From the NCBI GenBank assembly GCA_963657885.1, contig CAVKNZ010000002.1:3775-67774 (forward strand): 64,000 bases of DNA, given 5' to 3'. This document shows, in pieces, positions 1 through 9,113 of this stretch; position 1 is the first letter of the stretch, and each line of letters begins with the position of its first letter. A program made the position numbers and the translations under genes. This DNA comes from Bacteroidaceae bacterium (GTDB lineage Bacteria > Bacillota_I > Bacilli_A > RFN20 > CAG-826). The notes below the pieces were generated by a model, which saw nothing but the letters and a program-made list of their open reading frames with translations, did not search any database and had not been told where the DNA came from.

Positions 1-1
1 G

Positions 2-1264
2 ATGTATTTAACTAGAACGATTGAAAGCAAAATTAATTATATTAAAGATGAGTATGCTGCTATAACGATTTATGGGGCTAGACAAGTCGGAAAATCAACG
101 ATGGTTGACAATCTTTTTGGTAAAAATATGAAAAGTGTATCTCTTTATGATTTAGAAAAAAGAGCGCTTGCTAATTCTAATCCAAAATTGTTTTTAGAAA
201 CTTATCATTGGCCAATCATTATTGATGAAATACAAAAAGCTACGCCTTTATTAGACGCCATAAAAAGTATCATTGATGAAGAAAAACTTAGATGTTTAAA
301 AGAGAACACAAAAGTACCTTTAATGTATGTTCTAACTGGTTCGAACCAATTTGAACTTCAAGAAACAATTGCTGATTCGTTAGCTGGCAGAACCGCAATT
401 TTTACAATGTCGTCTCTATCTAACAACGAAATAGAAAAAATCAAAGGTCGTATTTTTAATCCTCATTTAGAAATTATTAAAGAAAAATATATTTCTCTGG
501 ATGCGAAAAAAATATACAGAACTAGAAAACAAATATTTGAAAAAATCTTTAAAGGTGGCATGCCTGAGTATGTTTTAAATAATATGGATAGGGCGACTTA
601 TTTTAATTCTTACATATCTACTTATTTGGAGAAAGATGTTAAAAAAGTTATTGCTGCTGATAAAGAAAGAGATTTTTTGAGATTTCTTGATTTTATGGCT
701 TTAAGAACGGCACAGCAACTGAATTATGAAGATATCTCTAGAAATGTTGGAGTCGATGTTAGAACTATTAAAAAATGGATATCTATTTTAACTACATCTG
801 GTATTGCAATTACTCTTGGAGCTTATGCAAGAAATCTTTCTAATAGAGTGACTAAAATGGAAAAATTTTACTTTTTAGATACAGGATTATGTGCTTATTT
901 ATGCAAGTGGCCAAATGCAGAAATGCTTGAAAATGGTCCTTTGAGCAGCGCTTTTTATGAAACATATGTTGTTAGTGAGATTATAAAAAGTTACATGAAC
1001 GCCGGCGAAGATTTCAGAAAGAATATTTATTACTATAGTGACCGAGATAACAAAGAAGCGGATCTTATCATTGAATTTTCAGATCATATTTGTCCCATTG
1101 AAATAAAAAAAGGAATACAACCAGTAAATAGCAAATTTAATTTTGATTATCTTAAAAAATATGGGAAGCCAATTTCAAAAGGCATTGTAATTGACTCAAG
1201 AGAAGATTTATTCCCCATAAACGAAAATAATTGGTATTGTCCTATCTATATGATTGGGATTTGA
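2..1264 (+). CDS. AAA+ ATPase with DUF4143-type C-terminal region
   Basis: 420-aa ORF. P-loop GARQVGKST and Walker-B-like IIIDEIQ in the N-terminal half, with a long C-terminal region as in AAA/DUF4143 ATPases. The ATG is at window nt 2, so upstream context is unseen. Confidence 0.75.
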   Translation: MYLTRTIESKINYIKDEYAAITIYGARQVGKSTMVDNLFGKNMKSVSLYDLEKRALANSNPKLFLETYHWPIIIDEIQKATPLLDAIKSIIDEEKLRCLKENTKVPLMYVLTGSNQFELQETIADSLAGRTAIFTMSSLSNNEIEKIKGRIFNPHLEIIKEKYISLDAKKIYRTRKQIFEKIFKGGMPEYVLNNMDRATYFNSYISTYLEKDVKKVIAADKERDFLRFLDFMALRTAQQLNYEDISRNVGVDVRTIKKWISILTTSGIAITLGAYARNLSNRVTKMEKFYFLDTGLCAYLCKWPNAEMLENGPLSSAFYETYVVSEIIKSYMNAGEDFRKNIYYYSDRDNKEADLIIEFSDHICPIEIKKGIQPVNSKFNFDYLKKYGKPISKGIVIDSREDLFPINENNWYCPIYMIGI

Positions 1265-1330
1265 TTATAAATATATAAATCGCACACATTATTTAGCTTA
1301 CCATCGTAAACATTTAGAGCATTTACAATT

Positions 1331-1352
1331 AAAAAACACGCATTGTAGCGTG
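1331..1352 (-). terminator. Rho-independent terminator of tRNA-Ser(GGA)
   Basis: On the minus strand: CACGC-tacaat-GCGTG hairpin followed by a U6 run, immediately 3' of the tRNA. Confidence 0.6.
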
Positions 1353-1368
1353 CCAATTTCATCATTGC

Positions 1369-1459
1369 TGGCGGAGGATAAGAGATTTGAACTCTTGCGA
1401 CCCTTTCGAGCCCTATGAGCTTTCCAAGCCCACCCCTTCAGCCTCTTGGGTAATCCTCC
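1369..1459 (-). tRNA. tRNA-Ser (anticodon GGA)
   Basis: 91-nt cloverleaf read on the minus strand. Acceptor GGAGGAT/ATCCTCC, anticodon stem TGGGC/GCTCA with loop TTGGAAA, long variable arm, T-loop TTCAAAT, encoded CCA. Confidence 0.9.
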
Positions 1460-1519
1460 GCGTCTTTGTAATTATATGTTTAGTTTCCTTTAATTTCAAA
1501 CGAAAGATATAATGTTTAA

Positions 1520-2485
1520 ATGGTCGAATTAAAAGTTACTTCTAAAGACGCTAACCAACGAGCGGATAAATATATCAAAAAATGCCTAACTAACGCTCCG
1601 CTATCTTTTATTTATAAACTATTTCGAAAGAAAGATATTAAAGCTAATTCACATTGGATAAAGCAAGACTATCTCATCCAAGAAGGAGATATAATTCGCA
1701 TTTATATCGATGAAGAACAGCTTAAAGAATTTTCTGAAGTTAAAACTGCTATTAAGAAAGATTTAAAATATCCGATTATTTATGAAGATGAAAATATTCT
1801 CATCATTAATAAACCGCGAGGAATACTTGTTCATGGCGATAGAAATGAAAAGAGTAAGACATTAGCAAATGATGTTTTAAATTACTTATATTTCAAAGGA
1901 GAGTATGATCCAAATAATGATAAAGGATTTATACCTTCACCCGCTCACCGCCTTGACAGAAACACTTCTGGACTTGTCATTTTTGGCAAGAATGTAAGTG
2001 CTCTTCAAGAATTACAAGAACAATTTAAAAATAAAGATGAGATTGAAAAGAGTTATATTGCTTTAGTTGTAGGAAATCTTACTAAAAGAATTGAAATAGA
2101 TTCTCCTTTGCTTAAAGATAGTTCAACTGGCTTAGTTAAAATTGCTTCTTTATCCGAAGGAGCTAAAAGCGCGTTTACAATTGTTTCGCCTTTAAAGCAA
2201 TTTAATAATTTTTCATTAGTTGAAGTGCAAATCTTAACTGGACGAACTCATCAAATTCGCGTCCATTTATCTAGCGTGAATTATCCGGTTGTTGGCGATA
2301 GTAAATATGGCAATTTTTCTGTCAATAAAATGGTGGAAGAAAAATACCATTTTTCCAAGCAATTTCTACACGCTTATAAGATATCATTTAAAAATATCGC
2401 TGGCGTTTTGCATTATTTATCAAATAAAAGTTTCACCGCTCCTTTAAGTAAAGAAGAAGAAAAACTTTTAAATTTACTAGCCTAA
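1520..2485 (+). CDS. RluA-family 23S rRNA pseudouridine synthase (RluC/RluD type)
   Basis: 321 aa. S4-like N-terminus, catalytic HRLDRNTSGLVIFGKN and TGRTHQIRVH motifs. Confidence 0.85.
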   Translation: MVELKVTSKDANQRADKYIKKCLTNAPLSFIYKLFRKKDIKANSHWIKQDYLIQEGDIIRIYIDEEQLKEFSEVKTAIKKDLKYPIIYEDENILIINKPRGILVHGDRNEKSKTLANDVLNYLYFKGEYDPNNDKGFIPSPAHRLDRNTSGLVIFGKNVSALQELQEQFKNKDEIEKSYIALVVGNLTKRIEIDSPLLKDSSTGLVKIASLSEGAKSAFTIVSPLKQFNNFSLVEVQILTGRTHQIRVHLSSVNYPVVGDSKYGNFSVNKMVEEKYHFSKQFLHAYKISFKNIAGVLHYLSNKSFTAPLSKEEEKLLNLLA

Positions 2486-3301
2486 TAATTGGCCTTTGAA
2501 GAAAGCTTTTAAAGTATAATAAATGCCGTTATGATTATTGTCTTTTAAGGATATGTATTTGGCGTGCTCTTTTAGACTGTCTTTACCATTTTTCATCGCG
2601 ATTGAATATGAGGAGATGTCAAACATTTCCACGTCGTTTTCAGCATCGCCAAAAACGATGATATGATCTTTATCCATTCCATAATAATCAGCAATTTCTT
2701 TAATAGAAGCGCCTTTAGATGTTTCTTTATAAAATAGTTCAAAATACGGGCTTCCAGTCCAGAAGCGGATATCGATGTCTTTATATTTATGGGTGATGTC
2801 GATTAATATCTTTTTATCAATGTTTTCATCTTTCATTTGCACAATCATCGTCATCGGATTTTTGTTTAGAATTTTTGTTAAATCTCCGTGGTAGATTTTC
2901 ATGTCTTCATACCAAAAGAATTTAGCAAGATATTTATCTTCTTTATCTAAAAATATTTCACTATCTGTTTCACACATCACGTTTTTGCTATACGGAAGCA
3001 TTTCTTTATATAAAGATTGAATTGTCTTTAAAGGAAATTCGAATTCATGGCTGTTGAAATTATTATCTTTAGGTGAAAAAGTGTAGGCACCGTTATAGCA
3101 AATTAAAGGAGTACTTAGATTCAATTCATCATAATATTTTTTCATTGCTCTAGAAGGGCGACCACTTGCAAGGATGATTTTATGGCCTTTTCTAGTGAGC
3201 TTTTTTAAATATTTTTTGGTCTTAAAAGATATTTCTTTTTTATTGTTTAAAAGAGTGCCATCCATATCGAAAGCAATGATGTAGTGATTATTCTTTTCCA
3301 T
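2477..3301 (-). CDS. Cof-type HAD-IIB family hydrolase
   Basis: HAD motif I FDMDGTLL and motif IV GDAENDVEMF. ATG at 3301 preferred over TTG at 3310. Overlaps the trpS 3' end by 14 nt. Confidence 0.8.
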   Translation of the reverse strand: MEKNNHYIIAFDMDGTLLNNKKEISFKTKKYLKKLTRKGHKIILASGRPSRAMKKYYDELNLSTPLICYNGAYTFSPKDNNFNSHEFEFPLKTIQSLYKEMLPYSKNVMCETDSEIFLDKEDKYLAKFFWYEDMKIYHGDLTKILNKNPMTMIVQMKDENIDKKILIDITHKYKDIDIRFWTGSPYFELFYKETSKGASIKEIADYYGMDKDHIIVFGDAENDVEMFDISSYSIAMKNGKDSLKEHAKYISLKDNNHNGIYYTLKAFFKGQLLG

Positions 3302-4274
3302 ATAAGCCAACAGCTTTTTGCACTCTTAATAAGGTTTTGTGAGCTATGTTTCTTGCTTTTAGAGCACCTTGTTTTAATACTTCATCAACTAAATTAGATT
3401 TACTAATTTCTTCATATTTTGCTTTGAAAGGTTCCATTTCTTTTATTAAAGCGTCAGCGACAGCCCTTTTAAAATCGCCATAGCCTTTTCCAGTAAATTC
3501 TTTTTCGATTTCTTCAAATGATTTGTTAGTTAATGATGACAAAATTGTCATTAAATTAGAAATTCCGGGTTTATTTTCTGGGTCATATTTAACTTCGTGG
3601 CCTAAATCAGTAACCGCAGACATTATTTTTTTGCGCATTGTTTCTAGCGAATCGCTTAAATAAATGTCGCCTTTATGGTCTGATTTTGACATCTTTTTTG
3701 TGGGATCAGATAAAGACATTATTCTTGCGCCAACTTTAACCATTTCCGCTTTTGGAAGAGTTAAAACATCGCCATAACGGTGATTGAATCGCTTTGCTAA
3801 ATCGCGAGTTATTTCCACGTGTTGAATTTGGTCTTCACCAACTGGTATGCGTTTCGCATCGTATAAAAGAATGTCAGAGGCCATTAAAATTGGATAAGTA
3901 AATAGACCTACGCCGATAGCTTCTTGATTCATTTTTTGTGATTTATCTTTAAATTGAGTCATTCGCGATAGTTCGCCCATATACAAATAATTTTGCAAGA
4001 TGATGGCGAGTTCACTATGTTCGCTCACATCACTTTGTAAGAAGATAACTGTTTTATCTTTATCTAGTCCAGCCGCTAAATAATAGGCAGCAATATCGTG
4101 AGTGTTTTTTCTTAATACTTCTGGATCGATTGGTAAAGTTAAGGCGTGTAAATCGGCGATAAACACCATAGTTTCACCTTCATATTGAACGCGAGCAAAG
4201 TTTTTAATTGCCCCAATGTAGTTACCTAATGTTAATTGACCTGTTGGTTTTATACCGCTGAAAATACGATCCAT
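3288..4274 (-). CDS. trpS: tryptophan--tRNA ligase
   Basis: 328 aa. Class I aaRS layout with GIKPTGQLTLGNY near the N-terminus and a KMSKS loop. AGGAG SD upstream. Confidence 0.95.
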   Translation of the reverse strand: MDRIFSGIKPTGQLTLGNYIGAIKNFARVQYEGETMVFIADLHALTLPIDPEVLRKNTHDIAAYYLAAGLDKDKTVIFLQSDVSEHSELAIILQNYLYMGELSRMTQFKDKSQKMNQEAIGVGLFTYPILMASDILLYDAKRIPVGEDQIQHVEITRDLAKRFNHRYGDVLTLPKAEMVKVGARIMSLSDPTKKMSKSDHKGDIYLSDSLETMRKKIMSAVTDLGHEVKYDPENKPGISNLMTILSSLTNKSFEEIEKEFTGKGYGDFKRAVADALIKEMEPFKAKYEEISKSNLVDEVLKQGALKARNIAHKTLLRVQKAVGLYGKE

Positions 4275-4299
4275 AATGAACTCCTGAATATCATGTTAA

Positions 4300-4328
4300 T
4301 TATACGCGTGTTAATAATTTTATGTCAA
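4300..4328 (-). promoter_or_regulatory. sigma-70-type promoter of trpS
   Basis: Minus strand: TTGACA (4328-4323), 17-nt spacer, TATAAT (4305-4300). Leaves only about 20 nt of 5' UTR. Confidence 0.55.
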
Positions 4329-4342
4329 TTTAACATAGTTAA

Positions 4343-4371
4343 TTGACTTAATTATCATTTATTTGCATAAT
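4343..4371 (+). promoter_or_regulatory. sigma-70-type promoter of spx (leaderless-type geometry)
   Basis: TTGACT (4343-4348), 17-nt spacer, CATAAT (4366-4371), then 8 nt to the ATG at 4380 with no SD. Confidence 0.55.
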
Positions 4372-4379
4372 TGATTTGT

Positions 4380-4826
4380 ATGATAAAGATTTATGTTTCA
4401 CCATCTTGCTCTAGTTGCCGTAAGGTCAAGAAATGGTTTGATGAAAGAAAAATTCCTTACGAAGAAAAGAATATTTTTACTGCTAATTTAAAAGAAGATG
4501 AATTGCGAGATATTTTGACTAAATCAGAGAACGGAACCGATGACATCATTTCCACGAAATCTAAAATTGTTAAAGAACAAAAAGTAGATTTTGATTCGAT
4601 GTCTATATCGCAAATGATTGCGTTTATTCGTGAAAATCCTTCTGTTTTAAAACGACCTATCATGGTTGATACCGAAAAAGATCGCATGCAAGTTGGCTAT
4701 AATGCTGATGACATACGCATTTTTATTCCTCGCGCTCAGCGAGAACTCGATATGATGTGCTACGCTCAAAAATGCATGGATGAGGAAAAGAAAGAAAAAG
4801 AAGCTACTTCCTTAAAGAATTCTTAA
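4380..4826 (+). CDS. spx: Spx/ArsC-family redox-sensing transcriptional regulator
   Basis: N-terminal CSSC (CxxC). GTDDIISTKSK and RPIMVD...QVGYN blocks are colinear with B. subtilis Spx. ATG 4380 chosen over the upstream TTG. Has extra C-terminal tail. Confidence 0.85.
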   Translation: MIKIYVSPSCSSCRKVKKWFDERKIPYEEKNIFTANLKEDELRDILTKSENGTDDIISTKSKIVKEQKVDFDSMSISQMIAFIRENPSVLKRPIMVDTEKDRMQVGYNADDIRIFIPRAQRELDMMCYAQKCMDEEKKEKEATSLKNS

Positions 4827-5370
4827 ATCTTTCTAATTTAGTTATTTTGTTTTCCTTAAATTTAATATTGTTGAGGCTTAAAAATTCAACAATATTTTTA
4901 TTTGCCTTTTCAATAGTTTTATCTTCGGCTTCAACTTCGTAGTCAATTAGCGAATTATATTCATTTTTATCAATAGAAATTAAAGATGATTTGTATCTAA
5001 TATCAGTTCTTGTGGTCTTTAACTCTCCAATTATTCTTAATTCATTTACATCAATTATTAGTCTTATAAGTTTATTTTTAACTTCTCCTATTGGGAATGA
5101 ATGCTTTTTTAAGAAATTATTGAAAGTATCTTCTGTTATTATTTGATTTGTTTCTAATTTAGCATCTTCAAAATCTTCTTTTAAGGTGAGTTCATATCGA
5201 TTAGCTTTATATCTTATTCTTAAGCCGTATTTAGTATCAATTGGCTTAATAACGGAGTCGATGTAGTAATTTATTTGAATATATGATTGTTCTTGATATT
5301 TATTTGTTAAAAAATGATAGTCTTTTTCAGTAATTATTGCTTTAGTTTCTATTTCAAGATTTGTAGACAT
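4804..5370 (-). CDS. CYTH-domain protein (YjbK-like triphosphatase/adenylate cyclase family)
   Basis: 188 aa. N-terminal EIETK (ExExK CYTH signature). Convergent 23-nt overlap with spx. Confidence 0.7.
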   Translation of the reverse strand: MSTNLEIETKAIITEKDYHFLTNKYQEQSYIQINYYIDSVIKPIDTKYGLRIRYKANRYELTLKEDFEDAKLETNQIITEDTFNNFLKKHSFPIGEVKNKLIRLIIDVNELRIIGELKTTRTDIRYKSSLISIDKNEYNSLIDYEVEAEDKTIEKANKNIVEFLSLNNIKFKENKITKLERFKNSLRK

Positions 5371-5400
5371 AAATATATTTAATTATGATACCATAATTGC

Positions 5401-5808
5401 ATGAAAATATTTGCTGACTCAGATCCAACATATAATCCCGTAAATGAATTCTTTAAAAATTACGGAATGTGGATTGCTATTGCCTTCGCTTCCTTAATAC
5501 TTACTGCTCTTTTAGTTTTATTTTTTATAGCTTTTAAGAAAAAAGGGAAAAGCGAAGCATCATCTAAATCAAAAATTGAGACTACTTTAAATAACGGTAG
5601 TTTCCTTCTCGCCTTAGGAGGGGAAGATAATATTCTATCTTTTTCTAACAATGGTTCTCGTTTAAGTATTGAACTTAAAAATTATGATTTAATCGATGAA
5701 AATAAGCTTAACGAAATGGGCGTTAACTCTATAATAAAAATGTCAAACAAGGTTGTTTTGGTAATTAAAAATAATATGTCGACTTTTGTTGATATATTAA
5801 AGTCTTAA
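5401..5808 (+). CDS. membrane-anchored PTS EIIB-like domain protein (Cys-less)
   Basis: 135 aa. One TM helix, then LLALGGEDNILSFSNNGSRLSIEL, which matches the glucose-class EIIB motif GGxxNI...CxTRLR except for the phospho-Cys. Confidence 0.6.
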   Translation: MKIFADSDPTYNPVNEFFKNYGMWIAIAFASLILTALLVLFFIAFKKKGKSEASSKSKIETTLNNGSFLLALGGEDNILSFSNNGSRLSIELKNYDLIDENKLNEMGVNSIIKMSNKVVLVIKNNMSTFVDILKS

Positions 5809-6344
5809 AAACAATGTTTTTTAATATCTTCAGTAGGAAGTCCGATTACATTATCTAAACTTCCTTCAATATGATTTACTAAATCAAAATCTTTGTCTTG
5901 AATGCCGTAAGCGCCGGCCTTATCCATAGGTGAGCCGGTTGCAATATATTCATCAATTAATTTATCACTAAGGTTATTAAAATAAACATACGTTTTAACA
6001 GTTCGCGTTATTTCTTTGTCTTTATTGATATAGGTGTAACCAGAAATGACAACATGTTTTTTGCCAGATAATTTTTTAAGCATTTCTTTTGCTTCAGCTT
6101 TATCTTTAGGTTTCTCCAATAATTGACCATCTAAAATGACAACTGTGTCACAAGCTAAAACTGTATCATTTGGATATTTAGAAAATATTGAATACGCTTT
6201 TAATTTTGACAATTGGCTTGGTAAATCATGCGGAGGAATATGCAAGGCTTTTTCATCTATATTTGCAGGAATTACCATGAAATCAGAAACTAATTTCTTT
6301 ATTAGTTCCCTTCTTCTAGGAGATTGTGAAGCTAAAATAATCAT
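5805..6344 (-). CDS. maf: Maf-family nucleoside triphosphate pyrophosphatase
   Basis: 179 aa. ILASQSPRRRELI start and Maf layout. 4-nt overlap with the upstream rnj. Confidence 0.85.
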   Translation of the reverse strand: MIILASQSPRRRELIKKLVSDFMVIPANIDEKALHIPPHDLPSQLSKLKAYSIFSKYPNDTVLACDTVVILDGQLLEKPKDKAEAKEMLKKLSGKKHVVISGYTYINKDKEITRTVKTYVYFNNLSDKLIDEYIATGSPMDKAGAYGIQDKDFDLVNHIEGSLDNVIGLPTEDIKKHCF

Positions 6345-8008
6345 ACGATTTTGTTTAAAATTGTCAGGGCAATCATTGGCTTTCTTTCGGTTTTACGATA
6401 GATGTATTGACCAGCGGCTGTCCTTAAATTAGATTTCATTTGTGAAAAATTAGCATTGCTAGCCAATAGCTTTTCGGCTTCATTTTTGATAAGCGTTTCT
6501 AAGTTGCCAACTAAATTTGGATCATTATAAATAAATCCTTTAGTTGTTATTTTTGGATCGTATGGTATCAATTTTTTCTGGTTGTCTAAGCAGAAAGAGA
6601 TAGAAACTAATCCTTCATCTTTCATAATTTCTCTTTCGCCAATTACTCCAGTGTTATCTCCACCGAATGTTCTACCATCAATATAGACAGGACCGCATGC
6701 GAAAGTGTCATCACGAGTGACTTTGTTGCGATATAGTTTAATCATATCTCCATTATTTAATACGAATATATTATTTTGTGGTATGCCTAAGCTTTTAGCG
6801 ATTTGTCCATGAATTTTAAGCATGCGATATTCGCCATGTATCGGCATAAAGTAGGTTGGGTTAATTAGCTTAATCATCAATCGAAGTTCTTGCTTTGAAG
6901 GGTGACCAGAACTATGGACGGCGTAAAGAATTGAATTCGTTAAAACCTCGGCGCCTTTTCTTGTTAATTGATCGACTACTTTATCGATGAGAACGCCATT
7001 GCCTGGAATAGCGCTTGATGAGAAGACAACTGTGTCACCAGGGATGATTTTCATGTCTTTATTTTCGTCGTTTGCGATTCTAGAAAGCGCCGCCATTGGT
7101 TCGCCTTGTGAGCCGGTGCATAAAATGCAAACTTCATTTAATTTATGCAATTTCACTTCTGAGATTGGGATTAAACGATTATCAGGAATTTTAATGTAGC
7201 CAAAGTCGCGAGCTATTTGAACTGCATTTTCCATACTTCGACCAATAATAGCAATATATCGATTATTTTCGATGGCTACTTGAACGACTTGTTGAATACG
7301 TGAAATGTTGCTAGAAAATGTTGAAAGTATCATTCTACCGTGTGCGGCTTCAAAAATTTCTTTAATTGATTCTAAAACGTTTGTTTCGCTAGGAGTGTAG
7401 CCTTCTATCTCTGCGTTTGTCGAATCACTTAAAAGTAAGTCAACACCTTCATCACCAATTCTAGCAATTTTCTTAAGTTCTATTTCTCTTCCCACTGGAG
7501 TTAAATCTATTTTATAGTCGCCAGTGTGAACAATTCTTCCTTCGCTTGTTTCAACAACTATTCCATAGGAATCAGGAATTGAGTGAGTTACATAAAAGAA
7601 GGAAACTTTAAAATCAGCCACATTGATGATGGAATTTGTGTCGTATTCAATGATGTTTACAGGTTCTTTAATGCGCATTTCTTGCAATTTTTTCTTTATC
7701 AAAGCAGCAGCAAGTTTAGGCGCATATATTACTGGGATATGAACATATTGAATTAAAAATGGTATTCCTCCAATATGGTCTTCATGACCATGAGTTATAA
7801 ATAATGCTTTAATTTTTTGTCTAACAGTTTTTAGTCTAGTGTAATCAGGAATTACATAGTCAACGCCAGGCAAAGATGCATCAGGAAAACGAACACCGGC
7901 ATCAATGATAATTAATGAATCTTCATTTTCAATGCAATAAGTGTTTTTGCCGACCTCGCATAAGCCTCCGAGGGCGTAGATATAAATAGGTGTATGTTTT
8001 CTTTCCAT
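6341..8008 (-). CDS. rnj: ribonuclease J
   Basis: Metallo-beta-lactamase motif HGHEDHIGG, beta-CASP region, about 555 aa. ATG 8008 (MERKH...) preferred over TTG 8029. Confidence 0.9.
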   Translation of the reverse strand: MERKHTPIYIYALGGLCEVGKNTYCIENEDSLIIIDAGVRFPDASLPGVDYVIPDYTRLKTVRQKIKALFITHGHEDHIGGIPFLIQYVHIPVIYAPKLAAALIKKKLQEMRIKEPVNIIEYDTNSIINVADFKVSFFYVTHSIPDSYGIVVETSEGRIVHTGDYKIDLTPVGREIELKKIARIGDEGVDLLLSDSTNAEIEGYTPSETNVLESIKEIFEAAHGRMILSTFSSNISRIQQVVQVAIENNRYIAIIGRSMENAVQIARDFGYIKIPDNRLIPISEVKLHKLNEVCILCTGSQGEPMAALSRIANDENKDMKIIPGDTVVFSSSAIPGNGVLIDKVVDQLTRKGAEVLTNSILYAVHSSGHPSKQELRLMIKLINPTYFMPIHGEYRMLKIHGQIAKSLGIPQNNIFVLNNGDMIKLYRNKVTRDDTFACGPVYIDGRTFGGDNTGVIGEREIMKDEGLVSISFCLDNQKKLIPYDPKITTKGFIYNDPNLVGNLETLIKNEAEKLLASNANFSQMKSNLRTAAGQYIYRKTERKPMIALTILNKIV

Positions 8009-8140
8009 AAAATAAATTAATGTGATCAATTATTATCGAATTACCTTCGTTAATGTTTGATGGGATAATTATATTTAAATAATTATTTCTTGTCAAAATT
8101 ATTTAGATTTTTCGATGTATTTTTAGTTACTATATCTTAG

Positions 8141-8698
8141 TTATAATCGAACTGAATTCGGTTTCATTTCGAATGGATTTTCTTTATTGATGTGGTCGTA
8201 ATAAAGTATTCCATCTAAGTGGTCAATTTCGTGTTGAAGAACAATTGCTTCAAATCCATAAGCGGTTATGATAGTATCTTTTGCTAATTCGACATCGTAG
8301 GCCTTAACTTGAACTTTGTAATGTCTATAGACATAACCATCGTGCTTCTTGTCTACTGAAAGACATCCTTCACCAGCTTCTAGATAAGCTAATTTAACGC
8401 TTTCTGTAATTATTATTGGATTTATTAGGCGATGGTCGATAATAATGACATTACCGTCTTTATCTTTATCTAAATAATAAACAACGATGATGCGGATGTT
8501 TTTTCCTATTTGAGGTGCAGCTAGGCCAACACCTTCTCGAAGATGATATTTTTCGGCTATTTTTTCATCTTGGCTAGCTATTAAATAATCTTTCATCTTG
8601 TTAGCTAGGGCGATGTTTTCATCATTTATCTCAGCGACTGCAGATTTACCTCTTATGGAGGTAGCGTTATCTTTAACAATTTTAAAATATTTTTCCAT
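8141..8698 (-). CDS. def: peptide deformylase
   Basis: GVGLAAPQIG, EGCLS and HEIDHLDG metal-site motifs. Confidence 0.95.
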   Translation of the reverse strand: MEKYFKIVKDNATSIRGKSAVAEINDENIALANKMKDYLIASQDEKIAEKYHLREGVGLAAPQIGKNIRIIVVYYLDKDKDGNVIIIDHRLINPIIITESVKLAYLEAGEGCLSVDKKHDGYVYRHYKVQVKAYDVELAKDTIITAYGFEAIVLQHEIDHLDGILYYDHINKENPFEMKPNSVRL

Positions 8699-8750
8699 GT
8701 GTTTTGAATTGTATCATCATCTCGCTAAATTTGGTAAGATTTATGCATAT

Positions 8751-9113
8751 ATGGATGCATTACTTTATTCAAAAGTTCTTGATCTTAAAGCCTCGATTGA
8801 AAAAGATGAACGAATCATCGCTTTAAATAAAATTGAAAAAGAAATGGAAGAATGTGATGAAGTCATGGAATTGTCATATAGAAAAGATATGGCTTGCATG
8901 GCTTTTAACGATGCATTGAAGCACTTTCCTAAAGATAGCAAAGAAGTAAGAGAGGCTCAACACGCTTTATATGAAGCTAAATTAAATCTTGATAGTCATC
9001 CTTTAATCGAGAAATATAACAAAGCCTATAAAGATGTTAAAAAAATATATGCTTTAGTTAATAAGGCTTTATTTGAACCTTTTACTAAAGAGCGAGGCGA
9101 CCTTTATGATTAG
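8751..9113 (+). CDS. YlbF/YmcA-like helical protein
   Basis: About 120-aa helical protein. Its position upstream of rsmD-coaD matches the B. subtilis ylbF-rsmD-coaD order. Start set to ATG 8751 because the longer ORF overlaps def. Confidence 0.5.
   Translation: MDALLYSKVLDLKASIEKDERIIALNKIEKEMEECDEVMELSYRKDMACMAFNDALKHFPKDSKEVREAQHALYEAKLNLDSHPLIEKYNKAYKDVKKIYALVNKALFEPFTKERGDLYD

Noticed and set aside
8598-8750. N-terminal 51 codons of the 8598-9113 ORF. The same issue applies to upstream extensions of the ORFs at 9073, 21425, 23480, 31074, 32521, 41063, 44355, 49857, 50593, 54595 and 60700.
   Set aside because: The extensions overlap neighbouring genes or start at TTG/GTG without signals. 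Conserved family N-termini (for example MKKYILALDQGTT for GlpK, MSEKLVAMILAGGKG for GlgC) begin at internal ATGs, most of which have better SD or -10 placement.
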